A stretch of DNA of 64,000 nt. Origin: Candidatus Adlerbacteria bacterium (GTDB lineage: Bacteria > Patescibacteriota > Minisyncoccia > Phycocordibacterales > SBAW01). The position numbers and the translations under genes were made by a program. The notes under the pieces were generated by a model. It saw only the letters and a program-made list of their open reading frames with translations, ran no database searches and was not told where the DNA came from. The stretch lies in the NCBI GenBank assembly GCA_027451965.1, contig DAIDHJ010000001.1:251276-315275 (forward strand). Direction: 5' to 3'. Shown one piece after another: positions 27,212-36,025 of this stretch. The first letter of the stretch is position 1. Every line of letters starts with the position of its first letter.

Positions 27212-27512
27212 CCAGCGCGTTGGACAGCAGCTCCTGCAAGGGAGAGGAAAGTCCGAACACTTGCCGAGATATTTCTCGGATCGGTAGCAGGTAACCCCTG
27301 CCATACGCTTCTAGTGGGCGTAAGAGGTGCGAACAGAGACGAGTCTTCGTGGAAACGCGAAGGGTGAAACGGCTAAATCCTTACTTGAGTGCAAGGCCGT
27401 GCCCCGCAAGGGGAGTGCCGCTGGAGCCGGGTGGTGACATCTGGCCAAGATAAATTGCTGTCATGTCTGCGCTGTCAGACAACAGAATTCGGCTTACAAA
27501 CGCGCGTACTAG
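27212..27512 (+). ncRNA. rnpB: RNase P RNA (bacterial type, compact)
   Basis: P4 5' strand GAGAGGAAAGTCCGAAC at about 27243 and P4 3' strand ACAGAATTCGGCTTAC at 27482-27497. GGGTGAAACGG and GTAAGAGGTGCG elements are present. P1 pairing agcgcgtt (27214) with aacgcgcg (27499). About 300 nt. Confidence 0.8.
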
Positions 27513-27520
27513 GATATGTG

Positions 27521-27546
27521 AACGCCCCGCACACCGCGGGGCGTTT
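27521..27546 (+). terminator. hairpin following rnpB (possible terminator or processing stem)
   Basis: acgccccgc / gcggggcgt with an acacc loop and a short ttt tail. Confidence 0.4.
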
Positions 27547-27607
27547 GCGTATGCAAAAACACGCTATACTGGATGATAATTACTGTAGTAATCAATGTAT
27601 TGTGTCT

Positions 27608-29920
27608 ATGCATCCCACAACGCCACTGCAACAACGATTTCTGTCCGGTGCCCGTATGCTCTATGTGATTGGTCTTGTCCTCGCGTTGATACTCATTATT
27701 CCCACTTCCTGGTTTCCGTTTCAGGTAGCAAAAATTGCAGCACTGACGACCTGTTTAGGGCTGGCGGCGCTTTGCCTCATTGCTGCAGATGGCATGCATC
27801 TATGGCGCAGTAAGGCTACGACAATTGCACTTACCGTCCTATCGTTGCCAGTCGCCTTTCTTATTTCCTGGTATGGATCCATTGACCGTTCGGTCGGTAT
27901 GCTGGGATTGGGAGGACTTGAGATAAGCACGATCTTCTTTACCGCACTGGCATTCCTTACTCTTCTTGGCGCATCACTTTTATTTCGTTCACAGCGCAGC
28001 ACCGCTCTTCTATTTAACGCACTGTTCGGCGCATTCATCCTTGCGGCAATCTTTCAACTGATAGCAGTCATATTTGGCACAAATGCATTGCCATTTCAGA
28101 CATTCACTGATCGCTCCGTAAACTTGATCGGCAAATGGAATGATCTTGGGCTGCTTCTGGGTATTCTGGTGTTGTGGAGTGTTATCAAACTTGAATGGAC
28201 GACACTGTCCCGGCTGCATCGCATCCTGCTTGTTCTCTTACTTCTTACTGTCGGTATACTGCTTGATCTTATTCATTTCCCAGTCGTGTGGGCACTGTTG
28301 TGCGGTTTCAGCGTGCTCTTTATCGCAGCACGATACATACTGCCACATGCCTCACGCTCTATACCATGGTATGCCGGCGCAGTTGCAGTGATTTCTATTC
28401 TCTTTTTAGTCTTTGGCACGCCGCTCAATACAAATCTAAGTAAAATATTCCCGGTTACCTCATTGGAAGTGCGTCCGTCATACCAAGCAACCGCGAATAT
28501 TATCACCGCGGCGCATCCTACTGTCTCACGTGCCCTCATCGGATCGGGTCCCGATACCTTTCGGCAAGAATGGTTCGTCAATCGGCCGGCGGAGGTGAAT
28601 CTTTCACCGTTCTGGAATCTTGATTTCACCGTTGGCTACTCAACACTACTCACTCTGTTTGCGGATGCAGGATTGCTCGGAGCTGCGGCATGGCTGTTGC
28701 CGCTATTCCTTACGTTGCTTTCCTTGTTTCGACTTGTTCGCTCATCTACCCATACGGATCTTGAAAAATTAATTGGCACTACCATAGCAGTTGGGGCAGT
28801 GTACTTATGGATAGCATCATGGTTCTACGTCTTAAGCCAAGACGTAGTGCTCCTTGCGTTTGTATTGACCGGCGTGCTTATCGGTATGGCGTACGGAGAA
28901 ACAGTTGCCACGCGACCTGCTTCACGGCTTGCGCTCTCTGGTATGTGGGTGGGCACGCTGCTTTTCTTCATTGCAACGGTCGGCGTAGCATATGCAGCAG
29001 ACCGGCTCTTTCTGTCAGATGCATATGCAAACCAAGGTCTTGCTGCACTCAGTGCCGGGAATACCCAAAAAGCGCTTGCGGATGCGGCTCGGTCTGCTGC
29101 ATATCAGCGCACGCCAAGCGCATTTGAACTTGCGGCCCAAGCGCATCTTTCCCAGTTGCAAGCTCTTGCCGCTGCATCTTCTACGCAAACGACGGCGCAG
29201 CAAAATGCCTTCATTGCTACAGCGCAACAGGCAATCGGGGAAGCAAAGGAAGCAAGTATGCTGGATCCACAAGACTACCAGCCATATGCGCTTCTTGGAC
29301 AGATATACAGTTTCCTTGCATCACTGAATGTGCAAGGAGCGTATTCCTTAGCACAGAATACATATGCGTTAGCGGCACAAAAAGATCCGACGAATCCGGA
29401 AATACCACTGTTGCAAGCGCAGCTGGCTGGAGCGGCAAATAATATGCAGGAGGTGCAGAACTACTTGCAGCAATCGCTCACCCTCAAACAAAATTTCACA
29501 AACGCTATCTTAACATTGGTGCAGCTTGATATTGCGCAAAAAGACATTAAAAATGCCATTGTCGCAGCGCAAGCAGCCGTACAGAGTGCTCCGAGCGTTC
29601 CTTCAGTATGGTTTGAATTAGGGTTGCTCTATTACAGTGAAGGGGATACTACCGATGCAATTCAACCGCTTGAACAAGCGGTGAAACTGCAGGGTAATTA
29701 CGCGAATGCAGAGTATTTCCTTGGTCTTTCGTATTATGCACAAGGCAAGACCGCGCAAGCGATCCAGCTGTTTAGCAATCTTGCCGCTACTAATCCGGAT
29801 AACCAGGAAGTAGCGCTCATTCTCTCGAACATGCAAGCGGGAAAATCCCCATTCACTTCAGCTAAGCCGCCCATTTCTACGCCTCCGCAGCGCCGTGCGA
29901 CTGCTCCGATTTCAGAGTAA
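27608..29920 (+). CDS. polytopic membrane protein, O-antigen ligase (Wzy_C)-like, with C-terminal TPR repeats
   Basis: About 10-12 hydrophobic helices in the first 500 aa, with a large loop containing WNDLGLLLGILVLWSV (Wzy_C-like). The C-terminal 250 aa has TPR-like repeats (WFELGLLYYSEGDTTDAIQPLEQAVKL, AEYFLGLSYYAQGKTAQAIQLFSNL). The ORF-track start at 27389 is rejected because it overlaps rnpB. Candidate starts are 27551, 27608 and 27656. Confidence 0.5.
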   Translation: MHPTTPLQQRFLSGARMLYVIGLVLALILIIPTSWFPFQVAKIAALTTCLGLAALCLIAADGMHLWRSKATTIALTVLSLPVAFLISWYGSIDRSVGMLGLGGLEISTIFFTALAFLTLLGASLLFRSQRSTALLFNALFGAFILAAIFQLIAVIFGTNALPFQTFTDRSVNLIGKWNDLGLLLGILVLWSVIKLEWTTLSRLHRILLVLLLLTVGILLDLIHFPVVWALLCGFSVLFIAARYILPHASRSIPWYAGAVAVISILFLVFGTPLNTNLSKIFPVTSLEVRPSYQATANIITAAHPTVSRALIGSGPDTFRQEWFVNRPAEVNLSPFWNLDFTVGYSTLLTLFADAGLLGAAAWLLPLFLTLLSLFRLVRSSTHTDLEKLIGTTIAVGAVYLWIASWFYVLSQDVVLLAFVLTGVLIGMAYGETVATRPASRLALSGMWVGTLLFFIATVGVAYAADRLFLSDAYANQGLAALSAGNTQKALADAARSAAYQRTPSAFELAAQAHLSQLQALAAASSTQTTAQQNAFIATAQQAIGEAKEASMLDPQDYQPYALLGQIYSFLASLNVQGAYSLAQNTYALAAQKDPTNPEIPLLQAQLAGAANNMQEVQNYLQQSLTLKQNFTNAILTLVQLDIAQKDIKNAIVAAQAAVQSAPSVPSVWFELGLLYYSEGDTTDAIQPLEQAVKLQGNYANAEYFLGLSYYAQGKTAQAIQLFSNLAATNPDNQEVALILSNMQAGKSPFTSAKPPISTPPQRRATAPISE

Positions 29921-29929
29921 GATACGCAC

Positions 29930-31597
29930 ATGAGAGTTCCTTTTTTCGGAGCGATTAACCGTGAGGTACGCGGCATGCACCAAGCGGCATATGTGCTTGC
30001 CGCACTGGCACTCGGATCCCAACTGTTAGCGCTTTTGCGGGATCGCCTCTTAGCGGCAACATTCGGCGCAAGTCACATTCTTGACCTCTACTATGCAGCA
30101 TTCCGTATCCCGGATTTTTTGTTTGCGACGATAGCATCGCTGTTATCGCTATATGCACTGCTACCGGTGCTTTCTCGGCTGGAAGCCAGCCAACCCGGAC
30201 GCATGATGACTTTTTTGCGGGGAGCGCTTCTTTTCTTTTTCCTCGCAATGGGCGGTATCGCCATTGTGCTCTTTTTTATGACCCCATGGCTTGCTTTGCT
30301 CATCGCACCGGGCATTGCCGGCCCTTCGCTCATACTGCTTATGCGCATTCTTTTGCTTCAGCCGATTCTTTTAGGAGCTTCAAATACTATCGCTTCGTTC
30401 ACACAGTTGCGACACCGGTTCATTCTCTATTCCATCTCTCCGCTGCTGTACAACTTAGGTATTATTTTTGGCGTGCTGATTTTATACCCTCTGTTTGGTA
30501 TTGCCGGATTGGGGTGGGGAGTAGTGTTGGGCGCTTTTTTCCACCTCATGGTGCAGGTGCCGTTTTTCTCGAGCGAATCAGGACAGCCAATGCCTTGGCA
30601 TGACATTGCGCACGCGCTCAAAGAAGTACTCACTTTGTCTGTGCCGCGTACTCTGGCGCTTGCAGCGAACCAAATCACCTTACTGGTCTTGGTAGGACTC
30701 GCCTCGGTATTTGCGGTCGGCTCTATTGCCGTTTTCATGTTTGCCTATAATCTGCAGGCGGTGCCACTGACGCTTATCGGCGTATCGTATTCTGTCGCTG
30801 CATTTCCGACATTGGCACGGCTGCACGCAAATGGTCAGAAGGAGGATTTCATTCGTCATATCGAAACGGCATTACGGCATATTTTTCTATGGTCTATCGT
30901 TGCGACTGTATTTATCATTGTGCTTCGAGCGCAGCTGGTGCGCGTGATTCTCGGCGCAGGAGCATTTGATTGGACCGCTACGCGTCTTACTGCAGCAGCG
31001 CTTGCGCTGTTTATACTGTCGCTACTCGCGCAAAATGCTTCCATGCTTATTGATCGAGTGTATTTTGCGGCCGGGAACACCATCCGTCCGCTCTTGTATG
31101 GCGTTTCGGATGTATTCTTTTCGATCGTTTCCGCATTTCTGTTTATCTTTCTCTTCCATGCGTATCCGCTATTGCAGGAATTTGTGAACGCGTTGCTTCG
31201 TGTCGATGACGTACAAGGAACGATAGTGCTCACGCTTGCCATTGCCTATGCATTCGGCTCCATCATGCAGTTTCTCATCAGTCTTTTCTTTTTTGTGCGC
31301 GACTTCAAAGTACCGCTGCACAGTGTATGGCGCCTTTGTTTTGAGATAGGGTCAGCATCAATTATCGGCTCATCCGTGTCCTACCTCATCTTGGCTTTTA
31401 TCGGTTCTCGGATTAATTTAAATACGACGCTCGGCGTGCTGTGGCAGGGTACTGCCGCGGGTATTGGTGGCCTGATCATCACTCTTGGTATTCTGTGGTT
31501 GCTTGGCAATCCGGAATTACAGGAAGCGGTCATTGCACTGCGCCGCCGCTTCGTCCCCGATACGACCACACTGGAACCGACCGATATTGCAGCCTGA
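29930..31597 (+). CDS. murJ: lipid II flippase MurJ (MviN)
   Basis: LLRDRLLAATFGASHILDLYYAAFRIPDFL N-terminal signature, 14 TM-helix-like segments, about 540 aa. An alternative start at 29975 (MHQAAYV) aligns better with MurJ N-termini. Confidence 0.8.
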   Translation: MRVPFFGAINREVRGMHQAAYVLAALALGSQLLALLRDRLLAATFGASHILDLYYAAFRIPDFLFATIASLLSLYALLPVLSRLEASQPGRMMTFLRGALLFFFLAMGGIAIVLFFMTPWLALLIAPGIAGPSLILLMRILLLQPILLGASNTIASFTQLRHRFILYSISPLLYNLGIIFGVLILYPLFGIAGLGWGVVLGAFFHLMVQVPFFSSESGQPMPWHDIAHALKEVLTLSVPRTLALAANQITLLVLVGLASVFAVGSIAVFMFAYNLQAVPLTLIGVSYSVAAFPTLARLHANGQKEDFIRHIETALRHIFLWSIVATVFIIVLRAQLVRVILGAGAFDWTATRLTAAALALFILSLLAQNASMLIDRVYFAAGNTIRPLLYGVSDVFFSIVSAFLFIFLFHAYPLLQEFVNALLRVDDVQGTIVLTLAIAYAFGSIMQFLISLFFFVRDFKVPLHSVWRLCFEIGSASIIGSSVSYLILAFIGSRINLNTTLGVLWQGTAAGIGGLIITLGILWLLGNPELQEAVIALRRRFVPDTTTLEPTDIAA

Positions 31598-33372
31598 TGG
31601 AACACATACGCAACTTCAGCATTATTGCCCACATTGATCACGGAAAATCGACGCTTGCCGATCGCTTTTTGGAGTTAACCGGAACTATTGAAAAGCGGAA
31701 AATGCGCGAACAGGTGCTTGATTCCATGGAACTGGAACGGGAACGAGGTATTACGATCAAGATGCAGCCTGTTCATATGCGCTGGAAAGGGTATGAAATG
31801 AACCTCATAGACACTCCCGGCCACATCGATTTCTCCTATGAAGTATCTCGGGCACTTTCAGCGGTAGAAGGAGCAATTTTGCTTGTCGATGCTACACAAG
31901 GGGTGCAAGCGCAAACCCTTACCACGCTACGAAGTGCTCAGCATCTGGGGCTGGTAATCATTCCCGTTATTTCAAAGATTGATTCGCCGCTGGCACAAGT
32001 GGAAGAAACTCGTGCACAGCTTGCCTCGCTACTTGAAGTAGCACCAGAGGAAATACTTTTGTGCTCTGGAAAGACCGGTGAAGGGGTGGATACGGTGCTG
32101 CAAGCGGTGATTGACCGCATTCCGCCACCCTCTACCGCTTCAGGAGGCATGCGCGCGCTCATCTTCGATTTTCAATATTCAGACCACCAGGGAGTCATCG
32201 TGTATATCCGACTGATGAATGGAGTACTGCGCAAGGGAGAGTCTCTTGAATTTGCATTCAGTGGCCACTCCTTTACGGCTCTTGAAGTGGGAACGTTTTC
32301 TCCTGAACCAACGCCTACTGGTAGTCTGGAAACGGGAACCATCGGATACGTCGTTACCGGCATTAAAAGTCCCGGAGTTGCACGCGTCGGAGATACGATT
32401 CGCAAGAAAGGTGCTGCCGATGCACCGTTGCCCGGGTACACCGAACCAAAACCGGTGGTATGGGCGAGTATCTATCCAGAAAGCCAAGATACATTTGTAG
32501 CGTTGCGGCAAGCGCTCTCGCGGTTACGCCTTTCCGATTCAGCGCTTTCTTTTGAGGAGGAATCCTCAGGGATGCTGGGAAGAGGATTTCGGTGCGGACT
32601 GCTTGGCATGCTCCATCTGGAGATTATTACTGAGCGCTTGCGCCGAGAATTCGGACTGTCGCTGGTGGTAACCACGCCGACTATCACCTATGAGATCGAA
32701 CTGCGGGATGGAAAGCGTAAAACAGTCTATTCTCCTTCGCAATTTCCTGAATATGGGGAGATCGTACATGTGTGGGAACCGTTCGTGAGCGCTGAAATCA
32801 TTACGCCAGCAGAATATACCGGCGCAGTATTGCCGTTGTTGTATGCACACGAAGCTTTTGTAGAAAGTACCGAAACGTTTTCAGAAGGACGTATGTCGAT
32901 CCGGCTCGTGATGCCGTTGCGAGAACTAATGCGCAATTTTTTCGACAAACTCAAAAGTGCTACCTCCGGCTATGCATCCATGTCCTACGAACTGCGCGAA
33001 TTGCGTCCGGCAGAAGTGGCAAAGCTCGATATTCTGGTTGCTGATGAAGTGGTTGTTGCGTTTTCTCGTATTATTGCTGCACACCGTGCCTATGAGGAGG
33101 CGGTTGCTGCGGTTGAAAAACTGTATACACTTCTGCCACGCCAGCAATTTGCCACTAAAATACAAGGACGTGCGCTAGGGCGTATTCTTTCCTCAAAAAC
33201 GCTCCCAGCGCTTCGTAAGGATGTGACCGGCTACTTATATGGGGGGGATCGTACCAGAAAAATGAAGCTGTGGGCCAAACAGAAACGCGGAAAAGAAAAA
33301 CTCAAGGAGCGCGGTCGTGTCAATATTCCCGAAGAAGTGTTCTTGAAAATGATCCAATCAGGTACTGATTAG
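31597..33372 (+). CDS. lepA: elongation factor 4 (LepA)
   Basis: [20 protein letters not shown] ... DTPGHIDF ... and the LepA-specific C-terminal domain. The ATG overlaps the murJ TGA (TGATG). Confidence 0.9.
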   Translation: MEHIRNFSIIAHIDHGKSTLADRFLELTGTIEKRKMREQVLDSMELERERGITIKMQPVHMRWKGYEMNLIDTPGHIDFSYEVSRALSAVEGAILLVDATQGVQAQTLTTLRSAQHLGLVIIPVISKIDSPLAQVEETRAQLASLLEVAPEEILLCSGKTGEGVDTVLQAVIDRIPPPSTASGGMRALIFDFQYSDHQGVIVYIRLMNGVLRKGESLEFAFSGHSFTALEVGTFSPEPTPTGSLETGTIGYVVTGIKSPGVARVGDTIRKKGAADAPLPGYTEPKPVVWASIYPESQDTFVALRQALSRLRLSDSALSFEEESSGMLGRGFRCGLLGMLHLEIITERLRREFGLSLVVTTPTITYEIELRDGKRKTVYSPSQFPEYGEIVHVWEPFVSAEIITPAEYTGAVLPLLYAHEAFVESTETFSEGRMSIRLVMPLRELMRNFFDKLKSATSGYASMSYELRELRPAEVAKLDILVADEVVVAFSRIIAAHRAYEEAVAAVEKLYTLLPRQQFATKIQGRALGRILSSKTLPALRKDVTGYLYGGDRTRKMKLWAKQKRGKEKLKERGRVNIPEEVFLKMIQSGTD

Positions 33373-33494
33373 ATTACCAGGGAGAAGTAGGCAAACACCA
33401 TAGAAACTGCCACCACCACAATAAGGAGTGCCACAAATATACGGGTGTTGCGTTCGCGGTTTTTGCCAAACATATCAGGCAGTATACTCAATAC

Positions 33495-33887
33495 ATGCAA
33501 GGTTACAAGCGCAAGCAGACCCGTCACGGTTCAATCGTACAGTGGTTGTTGCGCGGTGGCGTAGTACTGGTGCTTCTTGTCCTTTGTATTTTTTCTATAC
33601 GGGCAACATGGGGGATGTATCAAAAGTTTGTCGAGGCGTCGCAAGGTCAGGATCTTGTCCAAGCACAGCTGCATTCTCTGCAAATGCAGGAACAGACCAT
33701 AGGGGCAGCAGTACAGGAACTAAATTCCCGTGAAGGATTTGAAGCGCAGGTACGAGCGCGCTATGGAGTGGTGAAACCCGGAGAAGGGGAGATACAAATC
33801 GTTGCCACAGAGCCTACGGCATCAAGCACCGGAGGATCATCGTATAGTTTCTGGTATCGCCTGTGGCACCCCTTTTCTCTGTGGTAA
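33495..33887 (+). CDS. septum formation initiator family protein (FtsB/DivIC-like)
   Basis: Single TM helix, then a coiled coil (LHSLQMQEQTIGAAVQELNS) and the conserved EGFEAQVRARYGVVKPGEGEIQIV tail typical of FtsB/DivIC. Confidence 0.5.
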   Translation: MQGYKRKQTRHGSIVQWLLRGGVVLVLLVLCIFSIRATWGMYQKFVEASQGQDLVQAQLHSLQMQEQTIGAAVQELNSREGFEAQVRARYGVVKPGEGEIQIVATEPTASSTGGSSYSFWYRLWHPFSLW

Positions 33888-33903
33888 GATGCGCGTGGCG
33901 CAC

Positions 33904-33974
33904 GCGGGATTCGTTTAGTGGTAGGATGGCTGCTTCCCAAGCAGCAGGCGCGAGTTCGATTCTCGCATCCCGCA
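33904..33974 (+). tRNA. tRNA-Gly (CCC)
   Basis: Acceptor GCGGGAT/ATCCCGC, anticodon arm GCTGC-TTCCCAA-GCAGC, T-arm GCGAG-TTCGATT-CTCGC. 71 nt. Confidence 0.8.
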
Positions 33975-34034
33975 CCTATATTACTCGTGAGAGGGAGTAT
34001 CGTTGCTCATTCATCTTTTGCACACGCAGATTTG

Positions 34035-34346
34035 CTATAAATATTTTTCTCCATATCGCCGCATGGCGGTAAGGACGGAACGCAATGCTTTTCCTTTTGA
34101 GGTAAGCGCGTATATCTTTCCAGTAGAGATAAAACCGCAGCGTTTGAGCTGACGCAGTTTAAGGGTAAGGGTGCGCGTGCTCATGCCAAGAGAAGTGGTT
34201 AATTCTCCAAATCGCTTCGGACCTTCAAGAAGGTCACGAATAATGAGAAGAGAAGCGCTATCTCCGACCATATCCGCAACTCGTGCAACGGGACAGGGCG
34301 GGCAAAGTGTTTTTCTTTGTTTAGTAGTACGCAGCATAGTCACCAT
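34035..34346 (-). CDS. HxlR-family transcriptional regulator
   Basis: CPPCPVARVADMVGDSASLLIIRDLLEGPKRFGELTTSLGMSTRTLTLKLRQL matches the HxlR winged-HTH signature (CP...GD.W...I.R.L..G..RF.EL). Confidence 0.7.
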   Translation of the reverse strand: MVTMLRTTKQRKTLCPPCPVARVADMVGDSASLLIIRDLLEGPKRFGELTTSLGMSTRTLTLKLRQLKRCGFISTGKIYALTSKGKALRSVLTAMRRYGEKYL

Positions 34347-34368
34347 TAGTGTAACATGAATTTATCCA

Positions 34369-34383
34369 CTTTACATTGTAAAG
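34369..34383. promoter_or_regulatory. 7-1-7 palindrome (CTTTACAtTGTAAAG), candidate HxlR operator in divergent promoter region
   Basis: Perfect inverted repeat in the 60-nt gap between the divergently transcribed hxlR-like and FMN-reductase genes. A TATACT -10-like hexamer sits at 34392-34397. Confidence 0.3.
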
Positions 34384-34406
34384 TATGTACGTATACTACT
34401 TGATAT

Positions 34407-34988
34407 ATGAAACCACTTACCATACAGGTCATTATCGGTTCGGTGCGCGTAAATCGCTTTGGAGATAAGGCTGCGCAATGGATTGCGAGTCTTGCACAAG
34501 AAGCGGGTCATACAGTTACAATTGTTGATCTTAAGGATTGGCAATTGCCTGATTACAACGAGAAGGGTTCTCCAACCAGTTTGCAGGGTAAGCTGGAAAA
34601 TCAGCAAGGGATGGCATGGGGAAAGCATATTGCAGCCGCAGATGCCTTTATCATCGTCACCCCAGAGTACAATCATGGATATCCGGCATCGCTTAAAAAC
34701 GCTCTGGACTGGGCATATGCAGAATGGAATAACAAACCAGTCGGTTTTGTAGGATATGGATCAGTAGGAGGCGCGCGTTCTGTGGAACAATTGCGAACGG
34801 TTGCAGCAGAGTTGCAAATGGCCGATGTACGTACTGCGGTACACATCATGCGACCTTGGGAATTACTAACTGATACGGGAGACCTACGGCCAGGCACATT
34901 AGATGCCTATGTTGATAGCGCGAAGGATATGCTCACACAATTGTCTTTGTGGGGAAATGCATTGAAGGTTGCGCGAGAACGTAAATAA
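34407..34988 (+). CDS. NAD(P)H-dependent FMN reductase family flavoprotein
   Basis: IQVIIGSVR...IIVTPEYNHGYPASLKNALDWAY (FMN_red family signature). Divergent from the HxlR regulator, a common pairing. Confidence 0.7.
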   Translation: MKPLTIQVIIGSVRVNRFGDKAAQWIASLAQEAGHTVTIVDLKDWQLPDYNEKGSPTSLQGKLENQQGMAWGKHIAAADAFIIVTPEYNHGYPASLKNALDWAYAEWNNKPVGFVGYGSVGGARSVEQLRTVAAELQMADVRTAVHIMRPWELLTDTGDLRPGTLDAYVDSAKDMLTQLSLWGNALKVARERK

Positions 34989-35020
34989 CCTATACTTTAG
35001 AAGAACTAATAAACATATTT

Positions 35021-35263
35021 ATGGCAAAAAAAATCACCATTTACTCAACACCAACTTGTCATTTCTGTCAGATGGCAAAGACATTCTTCGAGGAGAATAA
35101 GCTCGAATATACCTCGTATGACGTAGCAAGCGATGCCGCGAAGCGCACCGAAATGATCAATATGACAGGGCAGCTGGGGGTGCCGGTCATCGTCATTGAC
35201 GGAGAGGTCACTATTGGATTTGACCGTGATAAGCTTGCTTCGCAGTTGGGTGTAGCAGCCTGA
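35021..35263 (+). CDS. glutaredoxin-like protein (NrdH/YruB-type)
   Basis: KITIYSTPTCHFCQMAK CxxC active site. 80 aa with GVPVIVIDGE. Confidence 0.7.
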   Translation: MAKKITIYSTPTCHFCQMAKTFFEENKLEYTSYDVASDAAKRTEMINMTGQLGVPVIVIDGEVTIGFDRDKLASQLGVAA

Positions 35264-35295
35264 TTAGCATTTCCGCACTTCTGTTGCATAATCAA

Positions 35296-35322
35296 CACAC
35301 CGGCTCAAAGCCGGTGTTTTTC
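35296..35322 (+). terminator. intrinsic terminator
   Basis: acaccggc / gccggtgt with a tcaaa loop, followed by ttttt. Lies between the glutaredoxin gene and tRNA-Arg. Confidence 0.6.
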
Positions 35323-35394
35323 GCCCTCGTAGTTCAATGGATAGAACAGTCCCGTCCTAAGGGATCAATGTGGGTTCGATTCCTGCCGAGGGCA
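35323..35394 (+). tRNA. tRNA-Arg (CCT)
   Basis: Acceptor GCCCTCG/CGAGGGC, anticodon loop gTCCTaa with U33 and A37, T-loop TTCGATT. 72 nt. A G at position 32 is atypical. Confidence 0.7.
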
Positions 35395-35435
35395 TATTCT
35401 CTCAGACCTATAAGTTTGCTATAGTACAACTTTGC

Positions 35436-35511
35436 GCTTGGGTAGCTCAGTTGGTAGAGCATCTCCCTGAAGAGGAGGGGGTCGCCGGTTCGAGCCCGGC
35501 CCCAAGCACCA
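35436..35511 (+). tRNA. tRNA-Phe (GAA)
   Basis: Acceptor GCTTGGG/CCCAAGC, D-arm GCTC-AGTTGGTA-GAGC, anticodon arm TCTCC-CTGAAGA-GGAGG, T-arm GCCGG-TTCGAGC-CCGGC, encoded CCA. Confidence 0.85.
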
Positions 35512-35515
35512 AAGA

Positions 35516-36025
35516 TTAGTTCGACTTTATTTTCAGCTTTGCTTGACGTCCCTTATCGAGTTTGGGAAGGCGGATAACGAGAAGTCCGTGTTTTTCAGTT
35601 GCTTCTGCTTCTTCTATCTCTACTTCTTGCGGTAGGACAATGGTGCGGGCGAATGCACCCCAATACAGTTCTTGGAAAAAGAAATCGCCCGCGGTCGCTT
35701 CCATGTGGCGTTCCCGTTTTCCGCGAATCGTGACCATGTCCCGTGTTATGGAAACATCAAGGTCATCCGGTCGAACGCCGGCGATCATTGCTTTGATTAC
35801 AATATGCGTAGGAGTTTGGTAGACATCAACTGCAAGCTCTCCTTCCGCTTCCACTTCCGGTTCAGTGACTTGCAGGGTACGTTCAGGAGCTGCAAATGCA
35901 GGCGGACGATGACTTACGCTTGAACCGCCGCTTTCTATATCATCAAAAGAGTAGTCGCTTTCCGCGCCACTGCTTCCCGTGAGCCATTCAAAGAGTGATT
36001 TTTTTTCTCGAGCCATACTTAGCAA
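35516..36025 (-). CDS. Hsp20/alpha-crystallin family small heat-shock protein
   Basis: Alpha-crystallin domain: DVYQTPTHIVIKAMIAGVRPDDLDVSITRDMVTIRG ... GAFARTIVLPQEVEIEEAEATEKHGLLVIRLPK. Confidence 0.75.
   Translation of the reverse strand: MLSMAREKKSLFEWLTGSSGAESDYSFDDIESGGSSVSHRPPAFAAPERTLQVTEPEVEAEGELAVDVYQTPTHIVIKAMIAGVRPDDLDVSITRDMVTIRGKRERHMEATAGDFFFQELYWGAFARTIVLPQEVEIEEAEATEKHGLLVIRLPKLDKGRQAKLKIKSN

Noticed and set aside
27389-27607. N-terminal 70-90 codons of the 843-aa ORF call (MQGRAPQGECRW...)
   Set aside because: Overlaps the RNase P RNA and its terminal hairpin. The sequence is Cys/Arg-rich and non-protein-like. The true start is moved downstream of rnpB.
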